A stretch of 62,844 nucleotides of DNA, counting the filler, from Rhabdomonas costata (Eukaryota), in assembly GCA_019059605.1 (NCBI GenBank). It is 46 parts of 46 records of this genome, joined end to end, with 100 filler letters (N's around TTAATTAATTAA, not from the genome) between each part and the next. Parts side by side here need not be neighbours in the genome. Positions count along the whole stretch, not along the records: positions 38,321 to 39,588 come from JAHMHO010021265.1; positions 39,689 to 40,956 come from JAHMHO010021266.1; positions 41,057 to 42,325 come from JAHMHO010021267.1; positions 42,426 to 43,693 come from JAHMHO010021268.1; positions 43,794 to 45,061 come from JAHMHO010021269.1; positions 45,162 to 46,429 come from JAHMHO010021270.1; positions 46,530 to 47,797 come from JAHMHO010021271.1; positions 47,898 to 49,164 come from JAHMHO010021272.1; 38 more parts are not named here. One strand, given 5' to 3'. A program made the translations under genes and the position numbers. Below are positions 38,670 through 50,719 of this stretch, piece after piece; the stretch's first letter is position 1, and the number at the start of each line of letters is the position of its first letter. The notes under the pieces are model-generated. The model did no database searches and had not been told where the DNA came from. It was given only the letters and a program-made list of their open reading frames with translations.

Positions 38670-40049
38670 GTGCTTGTGGTGCTTGATGTCGAGCTGTGTA
38701 TGTGTGTGTGCATTAGTGACTGGGACTGGGATTGGGAATTCGCGTTTCGGCATCCCGTGGTGACATCACGTAAAATACATTAGCACATTACCTTGTACCA
38801 CGTTTCTGCTTTCTTGGAGAAATCAAATATTGTTGGGAAAGAAAAAAGTGGAACGACCCGTCCAAGGGAAAAAAGATGACGGGATAATTGTGCTGATTTG
38901 TGCTGGAAAAACTGGTGAATTTCAACCCCGTTTTGCCATATCAGTCCCACTTGCTCTTTGCCAGCCACCGCCCTAACTCGTGGTGTAAGTGAAAAATGCC
39001 CGCCTCAGTCTGAACGCCCACAACCGACACCCGAAGGTTGCAGAGGAAAGCCCTTCACGCCACATTAGGGTTAACGCCGGGTTGGACCCGCTTCCCATTC
39101 GTTTCTTCTCCCCCTATCTCCGCATTTTCCGGAAAAATCTCACAAGCTTCAGCGCACCCAAGCGCAGAAAGGCCGGTTTGGGGAATAGTTATTTGGTTAT
39201 TTGGCCGTATTTTTCTAGCACTTCATTCTGAGGTATATAATAGTATATAGCTTATAATTGCGTTTGGGTGGTCCGGTGGACTCGGATTTTAGCTTTTCTT
39301 TGGCTTACGTGTGTTAGCCCCACGCACACACAACTTTTGAATAGTGATTACTGCTCAGTTAGCAGTCTACTTCGGCTATCCACTCCCCCATAACCGGAAA
39401 ATCGTCATTTAAACACTGTATTTGGACACGGTTGGTTGCACTTTCCCACCACCTTTTCCAGGGTTAGGAGACTTCGCCCATCTTCCTTAAGGCATGATTA
39501 GGTGGCGGCACACGTAATCATGCATTTCCAATTGAGATGGAATTATTTTGGAAGCGAAGGCCGGCATCGCGGCCGGAGCCACCCCCCCNNNNNNNNNNNN
39601 NNNNNNNNNNNNNNNNNNNNNNNNNNNNNNNNTTAATTAATTAANNNNNNNNNNNNNNNNNNNNNNNNNNNNNNNNNNNNNNNNNNNNTGTGGGGTTGCG
39701 AGAACCCGGTCCCCCCACTTACTGGGTTCACATTGAAACTTGCGGGTTCATCTGCTTTTTGATGGACGGGTGTTACACGATCGCGATCGCTTCGATTCTG
39801 GAAGTTCCTTTCTAACAGGGTGTCCTCCGGGGCTTTCTCCTTTTCCGTGGCATCCGCGGTTGCTCTGCAGCAAATGCTGCAATGCTTCCCATGGCTTTCC
39901 TGATTCTCCTGTCCCTGCCTCTTGGCCGCAGTTTCTTTGAGCTGGCCCATTTCTGGACCGCCTTGTGTGGGCTTCAGCATCTCTTCATCTTCTTCGCGCA
40001 CGCTCTGCTTTGCATATTTGGTCAGGCGTCGAAACCATCCCCGAAGATA

Positions 40050-40930
40050 CCCCCGCCTGAGCTCCCTGGCGGCACACCATTGGCACCTCACACTTCGTAT
40101 AGCCGCCTCCGGGGGTAACCCCTTCTGAAGGCGCACTTGACAATGTAAAGTACCGCCTCTTTAAATCCCTTGGCTACAAATACGCTGGGCCCGTATAAAC
40201 TGGCCCATCGCCATGCCCATGCGCTGTTCCTCAGATACTTGACTGTCCTGGGCAGTGTAACGGATGATCCTGATTGGGTACGAGGCCTCCCTTTGAAGCT
40301 GCTCTTTGAAAACCCGGCAACGCCCTTTTTCTTCTTTCCATGAAACCTTCATTCCCAAATATTCTAAAACTCCGGGCTGCTTCCTGGTACTCTTATAGTC
40401 CATGTCTTATAGTCTGTAATCCGCTTCCGTTGCCCGACATTGTCAAAATGTCGTCTATGAAGCGGTAGTTATCTTCAACATCTTCAGGGGCACAGGTTGC
40501 TGAAAAATCCCTCTCCGGGATGTAGCAGGCCAGGTTCGCCCATTGCGGGGCGCACTGCAGGCCCATCCCAAAGCCTTTCACTTGGCGATTATACTTTGGC
40601 CTCACTTCAGGTAGCCATTATCGATCACAAAGTTGACCAACTCCATGACATCCCATGACATCCCGTTGTGCCATTCCTTCTTGCCCCGGGGCTTCAATCT
40701 CCTGAATCCAAGCTTCCCGTGACAAACGAAGTCGGCCCCCTTCTTTCTGTTCTTCATATTCCCAAGCTTCTTGTATCGCCTCGGCCACGCGCTCCTTCAG
40801 TAGGTCCTGGTCAAACTTCGGATACATTGTTACTGTTATGAAATCGACTGTAACGGCTGTATCTTTCCTTTCAGGGCGTCCTCTTTGAATCTGATGGGCT
40901 GCACAACCTCCTCTACACTCAACAAAACAC
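40050..40930 (-). mobile_element. Penelope-like element reverse transcriptase, frameshifted
   Basis: DFITVTMYP, QVKGFGMGLQCAPQWANL, YRFIDDIL, LEYLGMKV and MGQFIRAQRICS (PLE thumb). Confidence 0.85.
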
Positions 40931-41159
40931 ACTTTTTGGGGTTCCCCCCCCCACCCNNNNNNNNNNNNNNNNNNNNNNNNNNNNNNNNNNNNNNNNNNNN
41001 TTAATTAATTAANNNNNNNNNNNNNNNNNNNNNNNNNNNNNNNNNNNNNNNNNNNNGGGTTGTGGGCAATTGAGATCCGATCTTCATGTCGTTGTTCTGG
41101 AGAGATTTGATGGATTTCTTAGACATTCAGAGCAGAATATCCTCGCTATACCATCCAAC

Positions 41160-42325
41160 CCGTACCTGGATGCGAATACATCAGCGTGGTCATCACCTGC
41201 TTCATGGTCTGATTGGTTAGCTCTGCTTGTCCGTTGGTCTGTGGATGGTATAGCGAGGATATTCTGCTCTGAATGTCTAAGAAATCCATCAAATCTCTCC
41301 AGAACAACGACATGAAGATCGGATCTCAATTGCTCACAATACTCCTCGGCAACCCATGATGCCTGACCACTTCCCACCAAAACAGCTCCGCAATGTCGTG
41401 GGCATTCATCTAATTGTAGCATTGTATCAGAACCACCATCATGGTTGCCCGATCCGTGACCGTCAACACCTCGTTCACCTCCAAGACTTTACCAGAAAAC
41501 TTCCAAGGACCTGGAGAGAGAGATTCCCATTTACTCACTGGCACCTCAAAAACCTTGGTGTGACCTATCGGCAAATGGTGGTCATATTTGCATTTTTGGC
41601 AACATCACAAGTACGCACCTAAGCTCGTACATTTCTTTTGATGTTCTTGAACGTGTACGTCCGCTTGATCAGTGCGGCCGTCCTGGCCACTCCCAAATTA
41701 ACTGATGCAGGTGAGTCGTTGTACCTGGAAATAACCTCTTGTTCTCTCTGAATTGGTACCACAATCTTCCCCGACTCCAAAAGTCTGCCATGTTGCCACT
41801 TAGTCGGATCCAAAAGCTCCGCTGTAGTCAAGTTGAAGTCTTCCTCACTACTGTGTTTAACCAGTAATCTGGCTACCAATCGTCTGGATCCCCCTCTGAC
41901 GCTACATTCAGGGGTGCAGAGAGTGGTCCATCAAATCTCAATGTCGCAAAGCACAACTCCGATTCTATCGCTCCCAAGCTTCGACAACTGAGTGCCTAGA
42001 CAATGCATCCGCAGCGACATTATTCCTTCCTGGAATGTGAGAAATATTCAGCGTATACCTCTGGAGTCTTTCCAACAACCTTACTTGCCTTGGCGACGGC
42101 CTAGGGTTCTTCGGCAAATAGCTCAGCGCCGAGTTATCCGTGTGAACTCTGACATCTGAACCCAGCAAGTAATGCCTCCATTCTTACAACATGTGTACCA
42201 ACGCTAGCATCTCCTTCTCATGCACAGGGTAATTCTTTTCCGCTGTGGACAACTTTCTCGACCGACATGCTGCCAAATTCAGCTTGCCATCTTCCACTTG
42301 CTGTGATAGCTTCGCCCCAAACACC
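41160..42325 (-). mobile_element. Ty3/gypsy LTR retrotransposon pol relic (RNase H plus integrase)
   Basis: RKLSTAEKNYPVHEKEMLA, WRHYLLG, HTDNSAL, HIPGRNNVAADALSR, then the integrase Zn-binding region and core. In-frame stops are present. Confidence 0.93.
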
Positions 42326-42635
42326 NNNNNNNNNNNNNNNNNNNNNNNNNNNNNNNNNNNNNNNNNNNNTTAATTAATTAANNNNNNNNNNNNNNNNNNN
42401 NNNNNNNNNNNNNNNNNNNNNNNNNTTTGCAACGCAGGTCGTTTCTCACTGCAGCAAATTCCTATTAACCTCTTGCAGTTTCTTCATTTTTGTGAACTTT
42501 TTTTTTGCTACCCATCAGCCCATCAACCTGTTCTTGGCGTCACAACAAATTCCGCAACTCACCAGGTAACAAAGGACAGCTGGAGACGCAAAGTGTAAAA
42601 GTATTTTTTTCATTTTCAAGCGAGCGTGCCGTGGG

Positions 42636-42842
42636 AGGGCTAAGCCGAAGCAGGCCTGGGGTCTTTTGAATATACAGCTGGCCTCCCGAAACGCTGCGTG
42701 GCCGGTCCTTGGGGTCAGAGTTTCGTGACCTTTCACCCTAGGCCGGTGTTGGTGCCCCTTGGCGGCTCTTTAGTAACCCTTTTGTGCCGCTTCTTGCCCC
42801 ACGCAGCGGAGGGTTTAACGACGGCACCCACAACGTATGTAC
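42636..42842 (-). repeat. Dispersed ~200-nt repeat family, most complete copy
   Basis: Aligns with the copies at 30822, 49759, 17052 and 17343. Internal complementary arms at 42682-42701 and 42799-42812. Confidence 0.92.
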
Positions 42843-43080
42843 AACAAAATGCACACCCCTCCCCGCCTCTCCCGTCTTGGCCGCCTGTGCCCACAAACTC
42901 ACTTTCATTTTGCCAAAACTGAATGGGAGACACTTTTTGACTTTTTCTCTGCATCAAGAAGACGACCGGTACTCTATCCGTGGCTAGATCAATGCACGTA
43001 CCTTTCAACAGGCGGGTCAACAAGATCATGATCTGCTCGCGTGCGCGGATTGTGTGACAGAGTGAAGCACACAGGCACAC

Positions 43081-43693
43081 CGGCATACACGAACAGCCGG
43101 TCCTCGATCATCGACCCAGTGCACTGCCACCGTGGTGTCGGGGGAGTGCCCTTCTTGGGCCGCAGCTGCTTCCAGTCGTGCAGCTCTATGTGGGCGGGGG
43201 CGGATATAGCCAACTAGATTAGGGTAACTAGGTTAGGGTTAGGGTTAGGTTATTTACTCTCAACACTGGGGCACGTGACGGGTGACGGGGAGAAATATCG
43301 CCCGAGCTTGCCGTGGAATGCACTGATGCCATTATGGCAACATTTCACTGACAAAAATCCTAAGGTGGGAACCATCGTAGGGCCGTCGAAAAGGGGTCCA
43401 CCCGAATGACCATCCAAAATCGAAAAACCTACGGAACGCCAGAACCCGGTCATCTTCGTTTTATCTGATGTTTTGGAGCATTTCGACGGAGTCGAGAACC
43501 CTGCTCAGGCCCAAGCATCAACAAGCGCGCCAGCCCTTTTTGAAGACTGAAAAAGTGTGCGGATGCTGGTGAGCGGTAGGTGCAGGGTCGGGATGGGTGT
43601 GTGGACCAAGGTCAAAAGTCCAGAGGTCGTTGAAGTACGTCGCATCGCAGATGTTGGCCCCGCCAAACACCACCATCTCTTTTGGAGAGGCCA
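43081..43693 (-). CDS. Kelch-repeat protein, 2 exons
   Basis: Exons 43693-43607 and 43185-43081 give MVVFGG..YFNDLWTFDL|ELHDWKQLRPKKGTPPTPRWQCTGSMIEDRLFVYAG. Confidence 0.88.
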
Positions 43694-44074
43694 NNNNNNN
43701 NNNNNNNNNNNNNNNNNNNNNNNNNNNNNNNNNNNNNTTAATTAATTAANNNNNNNNNNNNNNNNNNNNNNNNNNNNNNNNNNNNNNNNNNNNTGTTGGT
43801 GTGTTTGGGTTGTGGGGGCTGTTGTGTGAGGGGGGGGGATCAGTAGGAGCCCCCGCTTTCTTTGAACAATTCATCCGCATGCGCATGTACATATGGCGCA
43901 AAGGTCTGCCCCAGCGTCAGCTAGAAATACGGCAAGTCTTTTAATGAAAAAAGCTTGGGCAACCTTAATGCGCTGTTTGTTTCACCGTTTCGTCTCATTG
44001 TTTGGGGGCAAGCCCCCTCCTACCTTATCATCACCATCGTCCACCCTCCCTACCCGCTTTCGCGTGTTTTCCAG

Positions 44075-45061
44075 GGAGGGTTACTACCAGTTCATCTTTG
44101 GCCTCCCCCATTGCCCTGATGCGCTGGGGGCGCTGTGCTGCTCAGCGTTTGTATTCACGAAGGAGCGCGTTGCGATTGTCCCGCGGGTGTACTTTGAGCG
44201 AGCCATGGCGCTGATGAACGGCTCGATGGCCCCCACCCGGGTGATCCACCCGGGCCACCCCGAGGACGTCAAGGCAGGCCAGGTGTTTGCCCGGCTGAAG
44301 CAGAGCGGGTTCTGGAGCATGGAGGAGTCGCGGTGCAAGACTCCTCGGGGCACGAAGCTGGGTATGCAGACCCGACTGGCTGGACTTTTGCTGTGTGTGA
44401 CTTAATAAATGAAGATACACCGTTCCCAGGGGATGGGAGGAATTCCATCGGGAGCAGTGTGGATAGGAGCAGTGTGGGTCTGAAACCGTCCCGATGCCCC
44501 AAAACTATACCTTGGGTTAGGAGGGATGAAGTATTTTTGACAACACTGCAGGTTATCTTCATGCTAGGTTGTCTGTGAGCGGGTGATCAAGTGAGGCCAC
44601 TTGGTCTGTGGAAAAATGATGCTCTGAGCAGGGTCTGAAGACCCTCCTGTCGGACGTAAACAACACTCAACAACCACTTGTGAGATGGCGAAAGGAGGTG
44701 GACTGATAATTCAAAGCGTTGCTTGCCTTTTTTTTGTTGGCATCTGATTTTCTTGTGCTTTTTGAAGGATACTGCGCGGGGGCTCTCGCCCGTTTCAAAC
44801 TGGAGGGGGTGCAGATTGAGCACCTTTGGGCGCCCATCTTTGGGGAGCCCTATTGGCTACCCCCGAACTGGTACCCCGAGTTCGAGGTCCTGCAGATCCG
44901 CTCCCACCTCTACAAGGCTCCGGACACTGAGAAGAACGCCCTCACCCAAAAGTACCGTGCCGCATATGACCCGCGGTTCCAGGAGCAGATCTTCCACAGG
45001 ACACTGATGCCACTGAGAATGCTCTCACAGCACCTCCGCAACATCACTGCCCCAACAACCA
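44075..45061 (+). CDS. DUF3431-like protein, 2 exons
   Basis: Exons 44075-44361 and 44768-45061 join in phase. CCSAFVFTKERV..PRVYF and EHLWAPIFGEP. Confidence 0.7.
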
Positions 45062-45578
45062 NNNNNNNNNNNNNNNNNNNNNNNNNNNNNNNNNNNNNNN
45101 NNNNNTTAATTAATTAANNNNNNNNNNNNNNNNNNNNNNNNNNNNNNNNNNNNNNNNNNNNTGTGTCAGGTTGCTCAACATGAGAAAGGTGAGCACAAGG
45201 TTATGCGGGATGTTAGATTGGATTATTGAGCAGCCACGGGTTTTCCTCTGTTCAAACGGCGGGTCATCAAGCAGTGGAGCAAGGACCAGAAAGACAACTC
45301 TCAGCAAAGTGTAAAATATTACTACTTGTTCCAGATGAATAGTACTTCTTGTGCCGCCTCAATTGCGATCACCACAGACTGCTCGAAGTGCCTCCTCTTC
45401 GCTTTCCCATTTCAGAACTTCTCCTCACCTGCGTGCCATTTTTGTTGCCTTCCACCTCGCGCAGCCTTATGTTTTGAGGTTGATGAAGTATTCCTCCTTC
45501 CTAGCTTCGCGGCGCGATGCACATTGGAAAGTAGCTTGGCAAAATTCGGCAAATTCTTGGCGCCAAAGCACAACAAAC

Positions 45579-45800
45579 CTCGAAAAGCCTGTCAATGTGT
45601 GGCCGTGGCCGCACTGTGCCGTCCCGAGCGAAGACTAGGGTCTCGTCCAGGTCAAATACAACCGTGTACTTCGACTTGTCTTCCGCCCTTTGCGGGGGGA
45701 TGGACTCCACTCCACAAAACAGCAGAGAGGATCCCGCGGGCTCGTCCATGCAGCTGGCCTCGTCGGAATCTTCTGAACGAAAACCACGACCTTTCACCAT
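45579..45800 (-). CDS. FCP1/NIF-like (HAD) phosphatase, first exon
   Basis: ATG...IPPQRAEDKSKYTVVFDLDETLVFARDGTVRPRP|GT, containing the DLDET motif. Confidence 0.88.
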
Positions 45801-46735
45801 GCGGTGGCGCAACACAACCCCCCCCCCTTTATTTTGCGAAATCTGAAAACTGTTCCTTCATACTTAAGGCAAAAAAAAAAGCAAGCCAAAAAAAGTAAGC
45901 AAACACAGTTGCAGTTGTTGCTGCTATGTAACGATATTGTCCTTTTTCCTAAACAAACGCATGCCCTTAACTTATGAAGATAAAAATGAAAAAATTATCA
46001 AATATGAATCAATTGAAACAAGACTTTGGATCTGGGTCGAAGATCCATTTTTTTTAATAAACCAATGTTTTGAAATGAAGCAGGGTCTTCTTTGGGACCC
46101 AATTTTACTTCGCAAAAAAAAACGGCAGTAAGCTTTCGCAAACGTGAAAATTTAGATGAGGTGCAACCTCGCCAGAGAAAACGCGATTTACCTAAAGCCA
46201 CTCCTCTACGAACCCAAAGAAATGATCAGCAAGGAGCAAAAAAAAAGCATGCAAGCACCGTCACTGCAGAGCTCAGCCAGATCAGCGAATGAGACGGCTT
46301 GCCGCGCAACAATGAAATCCGGGGGAGCAAGACTGCTCTCCGGGAGCACCACCGAATCACCTGAAACATATGCCAATTTTATATGAACGCGGTCAGGAAT
46401 TGGTGGACGAATGAGGCGGCAAGGAAAACNNNNNNNNNNNNNNNNNNNNNNNNNNNNNNNNNNNNNNNNNNNNTTAATTAATTAANNNNNNNNNNNNNNN
46501 NNNNNNNNNNNNNNNNNNNNNNNNNNNNNGGGAAATAATCAGTAGTTCTATCACTGCCAGCTCTCGTAGCAGCACTGTAGGCATAGCTCGAAAGCAACCC
46601 GGGGCCACCAAAACGACCATTTTTTTCATTCATCAGAGGGCTGTAATACAATGGACCCGTTCATTTAAGCACGGACGGTTTTTCGTAGCGGAAGGGGGGG
46701 GGGCGTCTCATATACTTCACTCTTCACTCCATAAG

Positions 46736-47054
46736 AGAAATGGGAGAGGCGGAGCCCAGAGGCCGTCGCCGCGTCCCTTCTCCTGAACTCTGTGAACCTC
46801 GGGGCAGTGGTGCAGCTGATTGAGGCGGTGAAGGCCAACCCCAAGGCCGCGGAGACCCGCTGGCGCTCCTCAGTGGTGTGGACAAAGGGGTTCCAGGCCA
46901 CCGCGAGGATCCCAGGCACCCCACACACAGTGCTCTCCGATGAGCCCCTAGCGCTTGGGGGGTCGGGTGCCGCCCCGAACCCTGTGGAGATCGTGCTGTC
47001 GGCGCTGGGACAGTGCCTGGCCGTGGGGTACGCCGCGGCGGCCACGGCTCGCGG
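46736..47054 (+). CDS. OsmC/Ohr-family domain exon
   Basis: LNSVNLGAVVQLIEAVKANP..W..GF...SDEPLALGGSGAAPNPVEIVLSALGQCLAVGYAAAATARG, with AG/GT boundaries. Confidence 0.9.
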
Positions 47055-48972
47055 GTCTGCCCCCCTGCCACTCCACACTCCTCCATCCCACCTTACCTCT
47101 AAAATCCGAAAATCGATCCGTGCTGCCAGTTCCAAACGAAAACCCCGTTCTCATCTCTTTATATTATGGAGAGCCTGCGCTTCAACACCACACGACCCAT
47201 CTCATGTCAGAAAGAGACGGGTGGACCAAGTAGCTGCGCGCTTCTCCCAGCTGCCCGGGGGGACCACCAGAGGCTGCAGCCTGTGCTGCCCACCACAAAG
47301 AGGGATGCCGTCTGGGTTAGAGATGTATATACAGAGCATTATGGACATACAGAGCATTTTCCGGGGAGCAAACAATGGAGTTCAGGCGTCCGCGGGTCAG
47401 TGAGCAACACGATGTTGCAAAGGAAAAAAGGCACGGACGTGTGCAAGACCTTCGGCGAAAAGGAACAAAGCCCTCATCATAACATCGTCAGTGGTTGGGA
47501 AAAAACCCCTTCTGGTGCGTTTTTTGGGGAGGGTGTGCGCGTGTAAGGCGGTGTAAACGGAAAGAGTATTAAAAAAGTAGTATAACGGACGGTTTTATTT
47601 GAGGGGCGGAAGACAGCGCCGCGGTGCCGCAGGAGCGAGTGGCTGAGGTGGAGAAGTTGCCGGGGGCGGGGGCAAGTTTGGATGGTGCCTTGAAAAGCTG
47701 AGCTCTAAGGGTGCTTCAGCAGCTTTCCCGTATAACAAAAAGATATGCTAAAAGACGTCGTCATACCTCCCCCACCAGAGAAAATGCACCGGATTCCNNN
47801 NNNNNNNNNNNNNNNNNNNNNNNNNNNNNNNNNNNNNNNNNTTAATTAATTAANNNNNNNNNNNNNNNNNNNNNNNNNNNNNNNNNNNNNNNNNNNNGGG
47901 GGTGGGGGGTTGGTTTGGTTACACAACACAAAGGCGTGCCTAGAAATAGCCGGGCGGATTCGGGAGTGGGAGGGAGAGTGAGAGAGAATGATTGATGAAT
48001 GATGCATCACTATGAAGAGACCCCAGAAAGGGTCATGAAGTGGACCCTTTGGGGAAGCTGACGACTGGTGATTTAATGTTAGGTTTTAGGTTTTGGCTTC
48101 TTACGCTGCGGCGGGATGGTAAACAGCACAGCTCGGATTATATATACCACACACACAAGGTCCCGCCAGGAAATGGGCATGTAAATTCCGGTTCCCACAT
48201 TGGCTGTCAGGCCACTGGACATACATGGGGTGTCAACTCGTCCAACACGCCAGCACATTTGGGCTTTCGTCCCCACTACTGCGAGTGAAAGAATACCACT
48301 GGTCTCTCAGTACGTGTCCCGCGATGCCTTCGCAGGTTCGACGAGCTCGCGTTGATTCCGCCGCGGTGTGCTTCACCTCCAGAGTGCAGCTGCGGCCTTG
48401 GGGTGCGTTTCCCTCCCGCCCACTTCCTAAGTTTCAGCCAGCCCTGCCGAGCCACAGAAGATGATGGGTCACATTCGTTGAGGGTTCGGATTGTATTTTG
48501 CCTCTTGAAAAAGGCTACTCCACCGGTGCCGTCACAGCCCAGGCTCAATGGAAGGATCGAAGCGGGGTACACACACACACACACACACCAGAGCAAGACT
48601 GCCTTTTTGCGTAGACAAGTAAAACACAACCACCTCTACAGGCCATGTGCAAAAAGCAAGCCTGCACAGGAAAACGGTTTCGGGGATCTGGACAGCAGTC
48701 AGCACAAGGATAGGAAAAGAAAGGGAGGGAAGAGAGATTCTGACGGACAGAAACAGTTTGCCAGTGGTGGCAGCAACTCGCTCACTGACGAGGAAATTTT
48801 CAGTTCTTCTCACAGTGCTCTCCCCTTCACTTCACAGCACGGCACACACACACATACACACACTCGCGCTCTCTCACACTCATTCACTCTCTCTCTCATC
48901 CTCGCCTCGGAGTGGAAGACTTGGGTGGCATCGGGCTTTCGCAGCGCTTTCTGCCTGTTTGCACGTCCACAG

Positions 48973-49164
48973 AGTCTGGCGAGTGATGCGCTGGGCTCCT
49001 CGGTGAGCTCCCAGGACATCACGCCCACGGTGAGCCGCCGCGACAGCATGCGCCTGCGCTCGCAGCAGTCCACCCCGCGGACCCCGCACGGGAGCAGAAA
49101 GGTCAGCTTCTGCCTGGCCGACCTTCCCGAGGCCTCCGCTGCTCTCCCAGATACCCCCCCAACA
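48973..49164 (+). CDS. Ser/Arg-rich exon of unknown protein
   Basis: CACAG acceptor followed by a GC3-rich open frame to the contig end. Confidence 0.5.
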
Positions 49165-49479
49165 NNNNNNNNNNNNNNNNNNNNNNNNNNNNNNNNNNNN
49201 NNNNNNNNTTAATTAATTAANNNNNNNNNNNNNNNNNNNNNNNNNNNNNNNNNNNNNNNNNNNNATTTAGGGGAGCATCCTTCCGAAAATCTCGGGAGGG
49301 GGGGATGCTGTTATTGATCGTTGTAAACGATGACATGTTCATCTCCACCCTTTGCCGGGACAGCGCATTTTCTTTTTGGCTGTCATCGCCGCGCAGGCGA
49401 AGGAATGCTACAGCATTGAAACCATTACTGTGGCCGAACAACTCAACGCTGTGTATGTTCTCCAATCATTTTCTTTGCA

Positions 49480-49588
49480 AAGCGCAAAAGTGCAGGAGGA
49501 GCTGAACCAGGAGCGGGTTCGCCTGCAGCGGCAGCAGCACTGGGTTGCAGACGAGAAGTATGGCCCTTCCCTTGAGATGCTTGCGTGA
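49480..49588 (+). CDS. Probable terminal exon of unknown protein
   Basis: GC3-rich KVQEELNQERVRLQRQQHWVADEKYGPSLEMLA* after a pyrimidine tract. Confidence 0.45.
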
Positions 49589-49758
49589 GTCCTGCGCAGT
49601 TCTGGGCATGCTTCTTTCGTCGACCCGAAGGGGAACGCTAAAGAGTGAACTCTCATGACTTCCTGGTTGGAACTGCGTAAAAACCCGCGTAGTTTTATGA
49701 GTCAATTCACTCATTCTGTATTCTTAAATTATTATCAATAATGAATAAATGCAGGTGG

Positions 49759-49963
49759 GTACATACGTTGTGGATGCCGTTGAGAAACCCTCCGCTGCGC
49801 TAGGGAAAGAAGCGGCACAAGATTTGAAAAAAAGCAAGGATTGAGCCGCCAAGGGGCTCGGGAGGGTACCTGCCTGGGCCTGAGGGTGCAAGGACCTGCC
49901 TACGCAGCGCTTTGGGAGGTCCACTTTCTTCGCAAATGATCCTGGGCCTGCTTCGTCTTTCCC
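49759..49963 (+). repeat. Dispersed ~200-nt repeat family, diverged full-length copy
   Basis: GTACATACGTTGTGGATGCCGT..AAACCCTCCGCTGCG..AAGAAGCGGCACAA..GAGCCGCCAAGGGGC..CAAGGACC..ACGCAGCG..GGGAGG..GGCCTGCTTCG matches the reverse complement of 42636-42842. Confidence 0.9.
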
Positions 49964-50719
49964 AATGAAAGAAAATCCCCTTTGAGACTTTGAGAGGGTG
50001 AAAGTAATGGAAATAAAGGATCAACACTGACGGTGATCCATAAATCCATCATTTTTTTTACTGATCCATCAATAATATTTTCACAGTGGGATGTGCACTT
50101 TTAATCGCAAATGGATATTGCAAATGCACGTTGACATTCGGTCCAGCGAGGTTCACTTTGTCACCTGGACTTCAGAATACGCTTGATGGCTCTGCTGAAG
50201 GCGAAAATTGGGACCTCAGAAGTTCTTGTCGGGAAGCAGCGAGACCGCGCCTTTGGTCGCCCCACCACCATCACTCTTCTACTGATATTCCCTCCTTTTC
50301 CGTTCCATTTTCTTCTTCTACCTGTGCGTGGCGACTGGAAGAAAGGCAAAATGACACCTTTGGCCATTCCTAACGGTGGTCGGGGAAAGTTTCCAACTGA
50401 ATTCGTGCGTGTTTTTGTTTATTGTGCGTGCCGCCCCGTTCATTTACCTTCTTTTCAATGGCGTTGCTATGCTTAAGGCGTCACGCACAATAAACAAAAA
50501 CACGCACGAATTCAGTTGGAAACTTCCCCCCANNNNNNNNNNNNNNNNNNNNNNNNNNNNNNNNNNNNNNNNNNNNTTAATTAATTAANNNNNNNNNNNN
50601 NNNNNNNNNNNNNNNNNNNNNNNNNNNNNNNNGTTTTTTGGTGTGCCCTGTTGGAAACTCGGCTTTGGGCGTATTCCATCGAGATTGTGGTTCTAGCCGC
50701 TCTATTCTTTTCTTTTCAG

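Noticed and set aside
39689-42325. Composite Penelope plus gypsy element
   Set aside because: The two lie on separate contigs divided by the spacer, so adjacency is meaningless.
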